A stretch of DNA of 64,000 bases, from NCBI GenBank assembly GCA_038895475.1, contig JAWANI010000001.1, positions 52,387-116,386 of the forward strand, given 5' to 3'. The DNA comes from Candidatus Woesearchaeota archaeon (GTDB lineage Archaea; Nanobdellota; Nanobdellia; Woesearchaeales; UBA9642). The notes beneath the pieces were generated by a model that worked only from the letters and a program-made list of their open reading frames with translations, made no database searches and had not been told where the DNA came from. Numbering within the stretch: position 1 is the stretch's first letter; the number at the start of each line of letters is the position of its first letter. This document shows, piece by piece, positions 1 to 9,737 of the stretch. The translations under genes were made by a program, and so were the position numbers.

Positions 1-207
1 TATCCCGGCTTTGATAGCTTGGACACAGATAAAAAGCTTGATCTACTGAATGCAGCATATAATGGCGGACATGGACGTTTAAAAAGCCTTGACTGGAATA
101 TTTCAAAAATGCCTAAGGAAACCAAGGAGTATGTTAAAAGAATGAAAGAGAGAACAGCATTGGAGAGAACAAGATTAAGCTATAAAATCGATAATTATAA
201 ATACTAA
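1..207 (+). CDS. 3' end of a gene running off the left edge; C-terminal fragment resembling a lytic transglycosylase (SLT) domain
   Basis: Frame 1 is open from nt 1 (YPGFDSLDTDKKLDLLNAAYNGGHGRLKS...). 'AAYNGGHG' resembles the SLT 'AYNAGPG' motif. Only about 68 aa are visible. Confidence 0.35.
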   Translation, partial: YPGFDSLDTDKKLDLLNAAYNGGHGRLKSLDWNISKMPKETKEYVKRMKERTALERTRLSYKIDNYKY

Positions 208-230
208 TAAGTACAATATATATTTTCTCT

Positions 231-743
231 ATGAAAGTTTCTATAAGAAAAGCGATTCCTGGAGATGGAAAAGCAATAATGGATTGCATAACAGAATCCT
301 GTAATTATGAGTGTGATAAATGCAAAAATAAATATTCTTGTAATAAAAATTTCTTCCTGGTTGCAAATCCGGAGTTAATAGATAAAAAGCTAGCATCAAA
401 AAACAATATAACATTAATAGCAGTTTACAATAATAAAGTTATCGGATTAAGTTTATATTCCATAAACGGTTTTTCTAAAATGCAACACAGGGCAGAATGT
501 GGATGGTTTGTTTTAGAGGCATATTCTAATAATGGCATAGCAACAAAGTTAGTTAGTGAATTAATAAGATATGCAAAGAAAAACAAACTGAAAAGACTGG
601 ATGCTGAAATAGCTGTAAACAATAAAGCATCATTAAGGGTTGCAGAAAAAAACGGTTTTAAAATAGAAGGAAAAAAAATCAATGCATTACTTCTAGAAGA
701 CGGCAGTTTTGAAGATGCATATATTTTAGGAAGACTATTCTGA
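231..743 (+). CDS. GNAT-family N-acetyltransferase with a Cys-rich N-terminal segment
   Basis: 170 aa. Acetyl-CoA-binding-like core 'QHRAECGWFVLEAYSNNGIATKLVSELIRYAKKNKLKRLDAEIAVNNKASLRVAEKNGF'. N-terminus carries CxxxC...CDKC. Confidence 0.65.
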   Translation: MKVSIRKAIPGDGKAIMDCITESCNYECDKCKNKYSCNKNFFLVANPELIDKKLASKNNITLIAVYNNKVIGLSLYSINGFSKMQHRAECGWFVLEAYSNNGIATKLVSELIRYAKKNKLKRLDAEIAVNNKASLRVAEKNGFKIEGKKINALLLEDGSFEDAYILGRLF

Positions 744-837
744 AAATATTTTAACATAAAATTATTTTAACATATATAGTAATTATTTTTATAAAAATAA
801 CATTTATAAACATTTTTTAAATCTTAAATTAAATGAT

Positions 838-924
838 GCTCCTGTAGTGTAGTCCGGACAATCATACAGCCCTCTCAAGAAATGGAGAACGGCTGTGACC
901 CGGGTTCAAATCCCGGCGGGAGCA
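838..924 (+). tRNA. tRNA-Glu (anticodon CUC) with a putative 12-nt intron 3' of position 37
   Basis: Acceptor GCTCCTG/CGGGAGC plus discriminator A. D-arm GTGTAGTCCGGACAATCAT is typical of archaeal tRNA-Glu. Anticodon stem CAGCC/GGCTG, loop CTCTCA(A), then insert AGAAATGGAGAA. T-arm CCGGG-TTCAAAT-CCCGG. No encoded CCA. Confidence 0.8.
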
Positions 925-1013
925 TTCAATTTTAGTCTATAGAATGTATTTTTTCTAGAAGTTTGAAGAATAGTGAACATTTTGGTTTTTGTTTTGGTAA
1001 TTTTTTTATAGTA

Positions 1014-2213
1014 TTAATCTCTTAGTTGTTTTCTTAATTGTTTAATATATTTGTTTCTTAGGTATTCTATATAGTTTTTGTCTACTTTCATTATTTTTTT
1101 AATTATTTTTATCCAAAGTGGACTTAATATTATTGTTAATGCTATTACTGATATTGCAAGATTATACTCATACAGTTGCAGTATTTTATTTTTATAACCC
1201 ATATCTATTATGAGGAATCCAAATTCTCCTGCTTGAGCAAGCACTGCAGAAATATAAACGCTTTCTTTGAATGAATTATCCAGTAAAATTAATACTATTG
1301 TGTTAATTATTGTGTTTATAATAAATATGAATAATACCCAGATTATTATATGTATATAGTTTTGTATAATGAATTTAATGTCTATTAAAACTCCTATATA
1401 TATGAAGAAGAATGCTAAAAATATGACTTTAAAAGGCAATAATGCATTCTTAACCCAATGTGTATCTTTATTTGTTGATACAAGTATTCCTGCTACAAAT
1501 GCACCCATTGCCATTGATAAACCGAAAAATTCACTAATTAAAGCACCTGTAAGACAAAACAGTATTGCTAGAAAAACCTGTAACTCATGATCTTTATGAA
1601 CTATTCTTGAAAAAGGCAATTTTATAGGCTTTCTTAATAATATTATTATTATAGAAATAAAAATTATTGTTCCTAAAATTGAGGTGTAAGGTATTGATGT
1701 TGATAATGAATCCTTAGAAAAAAAAGTTAATATCATAATCATAGGTATTACCATAACATCTTGCACTATTGATATTGCTAAAGCATTTTGTCCAATTTTA
1801 GTTTTAAGTTCATTATTATCCTCTAATAGTTTTATTACAACAGCAGTGCTGCTTAAAACTATCACAAAAGATGTTAGTATGCTTCTTTCAATAGACCAAT
1901 TAAAATAATTTCCTATAAAAACACTAAAAATTGCTGTTATTATAATTTGGCCTATTGTTCCTAATATCGCTATTTTCCAGTTAGACAATAATCTAGGGAG
2001 CGATATTTCCATTCCAATAAAAAACAGCAAAAGAATTATTCCTATTTCACCAAGTTTTTCTATTATTTCAGTGTTTTTTATCAATCCTAAACCATTAACA
2101 CCCAGAATTATTCCTGACAATATATATGCAATTGCATAGGGCTGTTTTATATATTTCATTATCAGAAGCAACAATATTATTACTATTGATAAAATTACTA
2201 TAAGTACATCCAT
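1014..2213 (-). CDS. Cation/proton antiporter (CPA-family Na+/H+ or K+/H+ exchanger-like) membrane protein
   Basis: 399 aa with about 11-12 predicted TM helices. Gly-rich helices such as 'GLSMAMGAFVAGILVS' are typical of CPA exchangers. Confidence 0.55.
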   Translation of the reverse strand: MDVLIVILSIVIILLLLIMKYIKQPYAIAYILSGIILGVNGLGLIKNTEIIEKLGEIGIILLLFFIGMEISLPRLLSNWKIAILGTIGQIIITAIFSVFIGNYFNWSIERSILTSFVIVLSSTAVVIKLLEDNNELKTKIGQNALAISIVQDVMVIPMIMILTFFSKDSLSTSIPYTSILGTIIFISIIIILLRKPIKLPFSRIVHKDHELQVFLAILFCLTGALISEFFGLSMAMGAFVAGILVSTNKDTHWVKNALLPFKVIFLAFFFIYIGVLIDIKFIIQNYIHIIIWVLFIFIINTIINTIVLILLDNSFKESVYISAVLAQAGEFGFLIIDMGYKNKILQLYEYNLAISVIALTIILSPLWIKIIKKIMKVDKNYIEYLRNKYIKQLRKQLRD

Positions 2214-2285
2214 AATTTTTTAGAGAAATGCTTTATTTATTAAATTTTTGCAAATAATAAGACTAAATATTTAAATTTAATATTA

Positions 2286-3212
2286 TTAGAAATAATATAT
2301 TATTATAAAAAATATTATATATATTATTGGTACTATTATTAACATGCTGTATTCTGTTAATTTATGTACTTTTTCTACTATTTTTTCTTTTTTCTTTTCC
2401 TGTAAATCAAATAAAGCAATATTTATTATGAAACTTACAAGCAATATAAAATATGTTAGCATCATAAATTTATCAGCAAGAGTTAAATATCCTACTGGAG
2501 GTATTTGGTTTGTTATTGATACATGAAACATTACTGATGCAACCAATGCAGAACTTATCATAGCAACTCTTGTTGCTATTTTATCAGGATCGATAACAAA
2601 ACTGCTTAATGCTACAAGCATTATAAATATTATAGGCAACAAGGTTTTTATGAATGAATTAAGAAATATTTTAGATATATGTATATTTAATGTATATCTT
2701 GAATAATTTTCACCATATATATCGTATTCATGTTCATCTACTACTGCTTCCCAGCCATCTATATTCCATCCTGTAAATATAACTGAATCATCAATCCCTG
2801 TTTGTTCTAAATCCGGAACATATTTTATTTTGTCAATAGTATTAACTTTATCTTCAATTATAATCTGCATTTTTTGTCTGTCAAAAGGAAATTTTATTAA
2901 ATCTACCCTGCTAGCAAGATTTGCCTGTATTCTATAAAATTTTTCGTTTGGCTTGTCTATTATTTTATCAACACTTGTTGCCCTGCCATTCATAAATTCA
3001 AAATTTTCAGGTGAACAATTTTGTTCACAGACCATAGAAAGATAAAAATCTGCTGTGAATGAACCTGTAGATATATCAAATCTTCCGAGATTTAAAACAT
3101 ATATGCCCACTTTAACTTCTTCAGATTTAACTTCAGGCAAAAACAATAAACTCATAAAAACTATAAATAGTAATAATGCTTTTTTATTTAAAAGTTCATT
3201 AAAAGTTTTCAT
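2286..3212 (-). CDS. Prokaryotic pentameric ligand-gated ion channel (Cys-loop receptor family) homolog
   Basis: 308 aa with a signal peptide and a beta-rich extracellular domain of about 190 aa. It contains the Pro-loop signature 'IKFPFDRQKMQIII' (FPFDxQ), followed by four TM helices (M1-M4). Confidence 0.6.
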   Translation of the reverse strand: MKTFNELLNKKALLLFIVFMSLLFLPEVKSEEVKVGIYVLNLGRFDISTGSFTADFYLSMVCEQNCSPENFEFMNGRATSVDKIIDKPNEKFYRIQANLASRVDLIKFPFDRQKMQIIIEDKVNTIDKIKYVPDLEQTGIDDSVIFTGWNIDGWEAVVDEHEYDIYGENYSRYTLNIHISKIFLNSFIKTLLPIIFIMLVALSSFVIDPDKIATRVAMISSALVASVMFHVSITNQIPPVGYLTLADKFMMLTYFILLVSFIINIALFDLQEKKKEKIVEKVHKLTEYSMLIIVPIIYIIFFIIIYYF

Positions 3213-3253
3213 TTTTTCATGGAATTTTTTTTGTATTTTTAAAATTTTTGAAA

Positions 3254-5881
3254 TTAAGTATTTTTAAAAATTTTATATTTATTATTAACAATTTTTAAAT
3301 TATCCATAATTACTGTAAATGCTAAAGCAAGCAATATTGCAAATATCCAAGGAATTATGCTTATCGGTTTTAATTCTAAAACACTATTCAATGGACTGTA
3401 TATTGCTATTATTGTGAACATTATTGAAAATAATGATGCATAAAATAAATACTTATTAATAAAAGGTGACCTTGTTAGTATTAATTTTCTGAACGATCTG
3501 AAATTATATGCATTCACAATTGCAAACAATGTCATAAGAGCAAACACACCCGTTCTAGCTTCATTAATTTCTAAATTAAGAACATGCAGATTAAAGTAGA
3601 ATAAAATTATTGCTCCTATCGTCATTAAAAATCCTGAAATTAGCAAAAATAACAAAATAGGAGTCGTTATTATTTTAGATTTTTTTCTTGGTGGAATACT
3701 CATGACGTCCTTTGAGCTAGGATTAAATACAAGACTTATTGCCGTTATCTCATCAGAGATTATGTTCATAAATAGTATTTGAATTGCTAATAATGGAAGA
3801 GGCAATCCTATTATTATAGATATTGCAATTATGAATAATTGTGCAATATTTATTGATATTTGATATGCTGAAAATTTTTGTATATTCATAAATATTGTTC
3901 TGCCTTCATTTATAGCATCAACTATTGTTACAAAATGATCGTCTTTTAAGGTAATATCTGCAACCTCTCTTGAAACATCAGTGCCGTTTTTACCCATTGC
4001 AACACCAATATGTGCTTCTTTAAGGGCCGGAGCATCATTTACTCCGTCTCCTGTCATTGTAACTATTTCCCCATTATTTTTTAGTGCTTTTACTATCCTT
4101 AATTTATGTTCGGGTCTAACCCTTGCAAATATTGTTATTTTGCTAACGATTTTTGATAATTCATCATCTGTTAATGTATCAAGTTCCTGCCCCGTAATTA
4201 CTTCCCCTTTTAATCCTATTTCTGATGCTATTGCTTTTGCTGTTTCCAAACTATCTCCTGTTATCATTTTTACGTTTATTCCTGCAGTGTTACATAATTC
4301 TATGGCTTCCTTAACTTCAGGCCTAGGGGGATCTTTCATTCCGGCAAATCCTAAGAATATAAGTTCTTCTTCTATGTTTTTAGAATTGATATTGTTTATT
4401 GTTTTGTATGCAAAAGCAATATTCCTAAAACTTTTTTTAGACATAGAATCTATGTTTTTTAATATTGATGCTTTTTTGTTGTCTGTTAATTTTTTTATTT
4501 CATTATTTTCAAGTATATATTTGCATTTTTTCAATAAAATGTCCGGTGCACCTTTTGAATACATTGTTTTTGTTTTTTTTTCTTTTACAATAACACTCAT
4601 CATTTTTCTTTCAGAAGTGAAAGGTTTTTCATCTATTTTTTCGTACTCAAAATCTTCTTTATAGACGCCTAACTTTGCGCCTAATATTATTAATGCTTTT
4701 TCAGTCGGAGAACCTCTTATGATATTTTCATCTTTTCTTTCAATATAAGCATCATTGCACAATATTGCTGTTTTAATTATCATATTAAGGGTTTTGTTTT
4801 CCTTTAAAGAAACTTTTTTATTATTATAGTATATTTCATTATAGGGTTCATTTGTTGGTTTTATTTCAAAAAAAACATTATCGGCAAAAATTTTGTTGAC
4901 AGTCATTTGGCCTGTTGTTATTGTGCCTGTTTTATCAGCGCATATAACTGTTGTCTCTCCAAGAGTTTCTATTATAGACATTCTGTTTATAATGGCATTT
5001 TTTTTTGCCATTCTATATGCACCATTGGCTAGTGCAGTTATAAGAACAACAGGAAAACCTTCAGGGAATGCGGCTATTGCTAACGCAAGAATAACAATTA
5101 ATATTTCTATTGCAGTATCATAAGTGATTGGACTGTTTTTTAATAAAAGCACTATACCTGTTATTATAGATATGGTTAAAGCTAAAATTATTAGTTGTTT
5201 TATAAGAACATTGACTTTCTTTTGCAATGGCAATTCTTTATCAGACTTTGAAATGCTCTCTGCAATAGATCCGAATTTAGTATTCATTCCAGTATGTATA
5301 ACTTTAACGGTGCATTTACCTGTTATTATAAAAGTACCCATATAAACCATATTGTTTTGTGTAAATGCATCTTTTTTATTATCATAATTTTCTTCTGCGG
5401 TTTTTTTGACTTCTTTAGATTCTCCTGTAAGCAGGGATTCATCTACAGCCAAATCTTTTTCTTCTAGAATTATTGCATCTGCAGGAACTTTATCTCCGGC
5501 ACGTAATATTAATATATCGCCCGGAACAATCTCTCTAGTATCTATTTCTATTTCTCTTTTATCACGAATTACTATTGATGTGGGTGTTATCATCTGTCTT
5601 AATGCTTCGATAGACTTTTCTGCTTTGAACTCTTGTATGAACCCCACAAATATCACAATCAGTACTACCAAAAGAACAACATATGCAGTTAAGATTTTTC
5701 CAACAAAGATAGATATCAAAAAAGCACCAATCAATAAATATATTACTGGATTAGTTGTGATTTGTCTTATAAGAATTTTTAGGGGAGTATTGTTATTATT
5801 CTGCTTGATTTCATTTTTTCCGTATTTAGAAAGCAGCTCTTTTGCTTCTTTATTTGTCAGTCCAGTATACAAAAAACTCAC
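3254..5881 (-). CDS. P-type ATPase, P2 (Ca2+-ATPase-like) cation pump
   Basis: 875 aa. DKTGTIT phosphorylation motif, TGDGVNDAPAL, M4 'AFPEGFPVV', KGAPD, MITGD. Confidence 0.85.
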   Translation of the reverse strand: MSFLYTGLTNKEAKELLSKYGKNEIKQNNNNTPLKILIRQITTNPVIYLLIGAFLISIFVGKILTAYVVLLVVLIVIFVGFIQEFKAEKSIEALRQMITPTSIVIRDKREIEIDTREIVPGDILILRAGDKVPADAIILEEKDLAVDESLLTGESKEVKKTAEENYDNKKDAFTQNNMVYMGTFIITGKCTVKVIHTGMNTKFGSIAESISKSDKELPLQKKVNVLIKQLIILALTISIITGIVLLLKNSPITYDTAIEILIVILALAIAAFPEGFPVVLITALANGAYRMAKKNAIINRMSIIETLGETTVICADKTGTITTGQMTVNKIFADNVFFEIKPTNEPYNEIYYNNKKVSLKENKTLNMIIKTAILCNDAYIERKDENIIRGSPTEKALIILGAKLGVYKEDFEYEKIDEKPFTSERKMMSVIVKEKKTKTMYSKGAPDILLKKCKYILENNEIKKLTDNKKASILKNIDSMSKKSFRNIAFAYKTINNINSKNIEEELIFLGFAGMKDPPRPEVKEAIELCNTAGINVKMITGDSLETAKAIASEIGLKGEVITGQELDTLTDDELSKIVSKITIFARVRPEHKLRIVKALKNNGEIVTMTGDGVNDAPALKEAHIGVAMGKNGTDVSREVADITLKDDHFVTIVDAINEGRTIFMNIQKFSAYQISINIAQLFIIAISIIIGLPLPLLAIQILFMNIISDEITAISLVFNPSSKDVMSIPPRKKSKIITTPILLFLLISGFLMTIGAIILFYFNLHVLNLEINEARTGVFALMTLFAIVNAYNFRSFRKLILTRSPFINKYLFYASLFSIMFTIIAIYSPLNSVLELKPISIIPWIFAILLALAFTVIMDNLKIVNNKYKIFKNT

Positions 5882-6020
5882 CTCTTATAAAAAATTGATA
5901 ATCGTTTTTATAAATTTTAATTATTTTTAGTGTTTAGATTATTTATTTAAAGTATTTTTAAATTATTTTAAAATTTATTTAGTCAAATATATAAAATCTT
6001 TCAAATTTATGAAAATTATT

Positions 6021-6091
6021 GCGACTGTAGTATAGCGGTAGAATACGACCCTCCCAAGGTCGTGGCCCGGGTTCGAATCTCGGCAGTCGCA
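6021..6091 (+). tRNA. tRNA-Gly (anticodon CCC), no intron
   Basis: Acceptor GCGACTG/CAGTCGC plus A. Anticodon stem CGACC/GGTCG, loop CTCCCAA. T-arm CCGGG-TTCGAAT-CTCGG. 71 nt. Confidence 0.85.
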
Positions 6092-6094
6092 TAC

Positions 6095-6188
6095 GCCCAG
6101 ATCGCATAACCTGGTATTGCGTCGGTCTCGAATCCTGAAAGGAAAACCGATGTCGAAAGACTTCCCGGTTCAAATCCGGGTCTGGGCG
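6095..6188 (+). tRNA. tRNA-Ser (anticodon CGA), class II with long variable arm and a putative 12-nt intron
   Basis: Acceptor GCCCAGA/TCTGGGC plus discriminator G. Anticodon stem TCGGT/ACCGA, loop CTCGAA, insert TCCTGAAAGGAA. Variable-arm hairpin GTC-GAAA-GAC. T-arm CCCGG-TTCAAAT-CCGGG. Starts 3 nt after tRNA-Gly. Confidence 0.7.
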
Positions 6189-6240
6189 TTAATCTTTTAG
6201 TATGTTATTTTTCATATTATTTATTTTAAACATGTATAGG

Positions 6241-8841
6241 TTATTTCAAGATATTTTTTATTATGTCTGCTGTTTTTTCTTTATACAAAATTTCATTATG
6301 CAACAATTTTGTCGTAGTGCATTCCCCTTCAATGTAGTATGTTTTATAAGTAAATTCATCCCCTAATTTGGCATTACTTATTGTAACTATTCCGTCAGAA
6401 TCTTCTCCATCCAAATTACATCCTCTTCCAATTATTAAAAAAGTTTTGGGCATATCATATTGTGTATTTATTTTCTTTATAAAATCCGAATCTTTTTTCA
6501 TATCCAGGCATTCATTTTTATTTCCAAACACAATACATAAGTTGTATATTTTTTCTATTATTCCTTGATTAGGGGTTGCAATTAGTATTAAATTATCAAT
6601 ATTTTCATGGCCGTACTTTTGTATATATCTTCTTACAACTAAGCCACCCATTGAGTGTGCAACAATATTTACTTTGTCTTTTTCACTCGTCTTTTTTGTA
6701 TTATCTATTATGTCTTTAAGTCTATCTGCATATTCTTCTATTGTTTCATCTTTAGATTCAATTATTTCATTGCCAAAAATGTCTTTTTTGTTAATATAAT
6801 ATGTGGGTTTTGTTAATATGTCAAACATTATTTTATTACGTGCAGTATAAAAGTCTTCTATTCCTAGACTAATGTATTCATTTGTAAGTTTTTCTTCAAG
6901 AAAATTAAATATTTCAGTGCTTTGATATGCAGAATTTTTTTGATTAAAAGAATGACCATGTATTAGTATTAAGGGATATTTGTCGTATTCAGAACATTTT
7001 TTGCATTTCTTGTAAAAACAACATTTTTTTTCTGGAAAATTCATATCTTTAATATTCGGAGAGTTGTTGAAATCAGGCAACGAATAAGTTTTGAAACTAA
7101 AATTTTTTATTTCTAGATATGAAAGGTTATCGATGTTATTAGTGCTATTGCAATACCTTTCAATATTATTTATCGAGCTTTCCAAAAATTCAAAATTCAA
7201 AAAGAAATATTTAGTGAGATTATGATTTGGCGTTTTGTTGTCAATATTGTTAGAAATATTAATCAGCAATAAATAGTCGTTTTTTTTGTTGTGAATAATC
7301 TGATTATTAATTTTTAAATTACTTAACAAATCATATAAAAAAGCATTTTCTTCATTAATTAGTTCTGTGTTTGAGATATTAGAAGCATTTCTATTGTTTT
7401 TTGTTATATTTCTTGCATTTTCAAGATTTTTTCTTGTTTCTTTATATATTTCACATCTATAATCAATTTCATTAAGCATACTTTTTATATTGCTTTCATC
7501 GATTCTATCTTGATTTAAATCATTCACATCTATGTAAGAATTATTTTTTGATTCATTGAAAATTTTTATAATATTGATTATGTATGCGTCTAAAAGTGTT
7601 TGATTGCATTGTATTATAGAACAGGATAAATTATTGATTATGAAAAAAGTAAGATAATCATGCACTGTATTTTTTAATGATAAATCAAAATAGCTTATTG
7701 TTTCATTAATCTTATTTTCTTCAAGGAAAATTTCTCTAAGAACTTTTTCTTGTTCAAAATCTTTAAGATTATTCTCGATATTGTTTAGTTTTTCAGTGTT
7801 AATATTTATTAAATTAATTGCAGTAAAACCATCAAATTCTTCATAATCTTCTCCAGTATATTTAAAAATCATTTCTTTTATAAAGAAGGCTTTTTTTAAA
7901 TTTTTTTCATGAATCTCCATTACTTTATTATAAAACAATATTCTGTTCTGGACTAATAATAAAAATTCATTAGAGCTATGCAATAATTCTTTGCTCTTAT
8001 TGGATATTTCGTTTAAAATTGAATAAGATTCTTCATAATAATCATCATTCCATTTTTCTGTAATTTCATATTCCTTGTTTCTTAAATCGCTCAGAATATT
8101 ATATTGAGAGTAAACATTTTCTTTAAAAGTTTCATTAAAAAACATTGGCAAACCAAAAACAATATTTGTAGCATGATCTATATTAAGTTCAGAATATCCT
8201 ATGTTGTAAGATACATTATGAAATAAGTTCATCGATTTAATTATTATTTCTTTTTCATGTTCATTTGGTTCACGATTCACAATCAAAGTTTTCCTTCTTG
8301 TATATGTTTTGTTATTAACAGGACAACTTTTTAAATACATGTTTTTACAATAAACAACATATTGATATACAGATTGACCATATCCTTTTTCAACGGGAAG
8401 TGTTAAAGAATTTTTCTTTACGAAATTGTTTTTTACATAAAACGTATTGTTAAAAATAACATTTCCGGAATCGATTGAAATTATGTTTTCGTCACATCTC
8501 GCATTGCATAACCAGTAGTTGTTTATTTCAAGGTATGTGTTAAGGGAAAAATTTTCACCGTGAGTCGCGTTAATAAAATCGAGATTTTCCTTGATGTTTA
8601 AAGTTATATCTTCTTTAATCATCAGATTTATTTTTCTGAAAAAAAACAGTATTAAAAATATAAATATTAAAGTGATTATTATCAAGATGGTTTTTTTTGT
8701 TTTCTTACTGTTTTTTTTGTCTGTATTTTTTAACACAATAGTAAATTGTTGTTGTTTCTTTAAATTTTTAACCATTAATATTTTTTCATTAATATTTCTA
8801 ATCATTGATATACTCATTGATATATATATTATTTTTAACAT
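6241..8841 (-). CDS. Large membrane-anchored/exported Asn/Ile-rich protein with a C-terminal lipase-type alpha/beta-hydrolase domain
   Basis: 866 aa. N-terminal TM helix, then about 600 aa of low-complexity N/I/K-rich sequence. The C-terminus carries 'LILIHGHSF' (oxyanion HG) and 'NIVAHSMGGLV' (GxSxG nucleophile elbow), as in Bacillus-type lipase and PGAP1-like hydrolases. Confidence 0.6.
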   Translation of the reverse strand: MLKIIYISMSISMIRNINEKILMVKNLKKQQQFTIVLKNTDKKNSKKTKKTILIIITLIFIFLILFFFRKINLMIKEDITLNIKENLDFINATHGENFSLNTYLEINNYWLCNARCDENIISIDSGNVIFNNTFYVKNNFVKKNSLTLPVEKGYGQSVYQYVVYCKNMYLKSCPVNNKTYTRRKTLIVNREPNEHEKEIIIKSMNLFHNVSYNIGYSELNIDHATNIVFGLPMFFNETFKENVYSQYNILSDLRNKEYEITEKWNDDYYEESYSILNEISNKSKELLHSSNEFLLLVQNRILFYNKVMEIHEKNLKKAFFIKEMIFKYTGEDYEEFDGFTAINLININTEKLNNIENNLKDFEQEKVLREIFLEENKINETISYFDLSLKNTVHDYLTFFIINNLSCSIIQCNQTLLDAYIINIIKIFNESKNNSYIDVNDLNQDRIDESNIKSMLNEIDYRCEIYKETRKNLENARNITKNNRNASNISNTELINEENAFLYDLLSNLKINNQIIHNKKNDYLLLINISNNIDNKTPNHNLTKYFFLNFEFLESSINNIERYCNSTNNIDNLSYLEIKNFSFKTYSLPDFNNSPNIKDMNFPEKKCCFYKKCKKCSEYDKYPLILIHGHSFNQKNSAYQSTEIFNFLEEKLTNEYISLGIEDFYTARNKIMFDILTKPTYYINKKDIFGNEIIESKDETIEEYADRLKDIIDNTKKTSEKDKVNIVAHSMGGLVVRRYIQKYGHENIDNLILIATPNQGIIEKIYNLCIVFGNKNECLDMKKDSDFIKKINTQYDMPKTFLIIGRGCNLDGEDSDGIVTISNAKLGDEFTYKTYYIEGECTTTKLLHNEILYKEKTADIIKNILK

Positions 8842-8912
8842 TATTTTTAATATATGTTGTTTTGTAAAAATTTAGTAAAAATTTATAAAGACATTTTGTT
8901 TTTTTTTAATGA

Positions 8913-9539
8913 ATGAATGAGATGTATGTAAAAAGGAGAAATGTATTTATAATGGGTGCATTTATACAACTTTTATTCTTATTATATTCTATATTTTTTA
9001 AGCCGAAATTTATTATGGACAACATTTTTTGTTTAGTAGCAATAGGTTTGTTTTATTTAATAGAGCAAAAAAATCCTTTAAATCCAATAGTCATATTTTT
9101 AGGATTTCTTCCATTATATTTTCATAATCTGGGAGTTTTATTTGGGTTCTTTAGCATCAGAATCTTTGAAATAGGATATGATAAATGGGCTCATTTAATA
9201 AATAGTTTGTTTGCAACAATAGTAATATTTTACATACTAATATCACACTCTAAAGAGCGGATAATAAAAAATATAATAATAGCAATATTAATCATGCTGG
9301 GGTTTAATTTAATACACGAAGTTAATGAATTTATAGGAACAAGATATTTAGGAATATATAGTGAGAGTCTTTTTAGTGTTGGGGATGGTTTAGAGCCCTC
9401 CATTTCGGACTTACAAGTATATGATGCATGGTGGGATATGATATTTGATATTTTTGGAGGAATAATCGCAGGATTTATATTATTAATTATAAGAGGTGCT
9501 GAAAAACATCACGGAAGAGATTATTTGAAAAACATTTAG
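8913..9539 (+). CDS. Hypothetical polytopic membrane protein
   Basis: 208 aa with about 6 hydrophobic helices. No recognisable catalytic motif. Confidence 0.4.
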   Translation: MNEMYVKRRNVFIMGAFIQLLFLLYSIFFKPKFIMDNIFCLVAIGLFYLIEQKNPLNPIVIFLGFLPLYFHNLGVLFGFFSIRIFEIGYDKWAHLINSLFATIVIFYILISHSKERIIKNIIIAILIMLGFNLIHEVNEFIGTRYLGIYSESLFSVGDGLEPSISDLQVYDAWWDMIFDIFGGIIAGFILLIIRGAEKHHGRDYLKNI

Positions 9540-9737
9540 TTTATGTTTAATTTTACATTTAATCTTTAAATATTAATAAAATTTTAAATATTTAATTATT
9601 CTTTAGTCAAAAGATTATTCTAAAAGTCCTAAAAGACAACATTTATAAATAATTATTTTTTCCTCTCATAAAACCCGATAGACAATTCAGTCCTTTCTTT
9701 TGACTGATTGTTTACTACATATATGTAGGAGGGAAAA

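Noticed and set aside
425-757. Antisense ORFs nested inside well-supported genes (e.g. 425-757, 1369-1590, 3981-4664, 4893-5930, 9840-10061, 10705-11094, 15730-16440, 41809-42225, 49049-50122, 57100-59463)
   Set aside because: Each lies entirely opposite a gene with strong family motifs. They have low-complexity, hydrophobic/Ser-rich translations typical of shadow ORFs in AT-rich DNA and no RBS-like context.
5979-6173. 64-aa minus-strand ORF
   Set aside because: It spans the tRNA-Gly/tRNA-Ser genes. GC-rich tRNA sequence creates stop-free frames by chance.
8591-8875. 94-aa plus-strand ORF (Phe/Ile-rich)
   Set aside because: It lies antisense to the 5' end of the 866-aa gene and is purely low-complexity hydrophobic.
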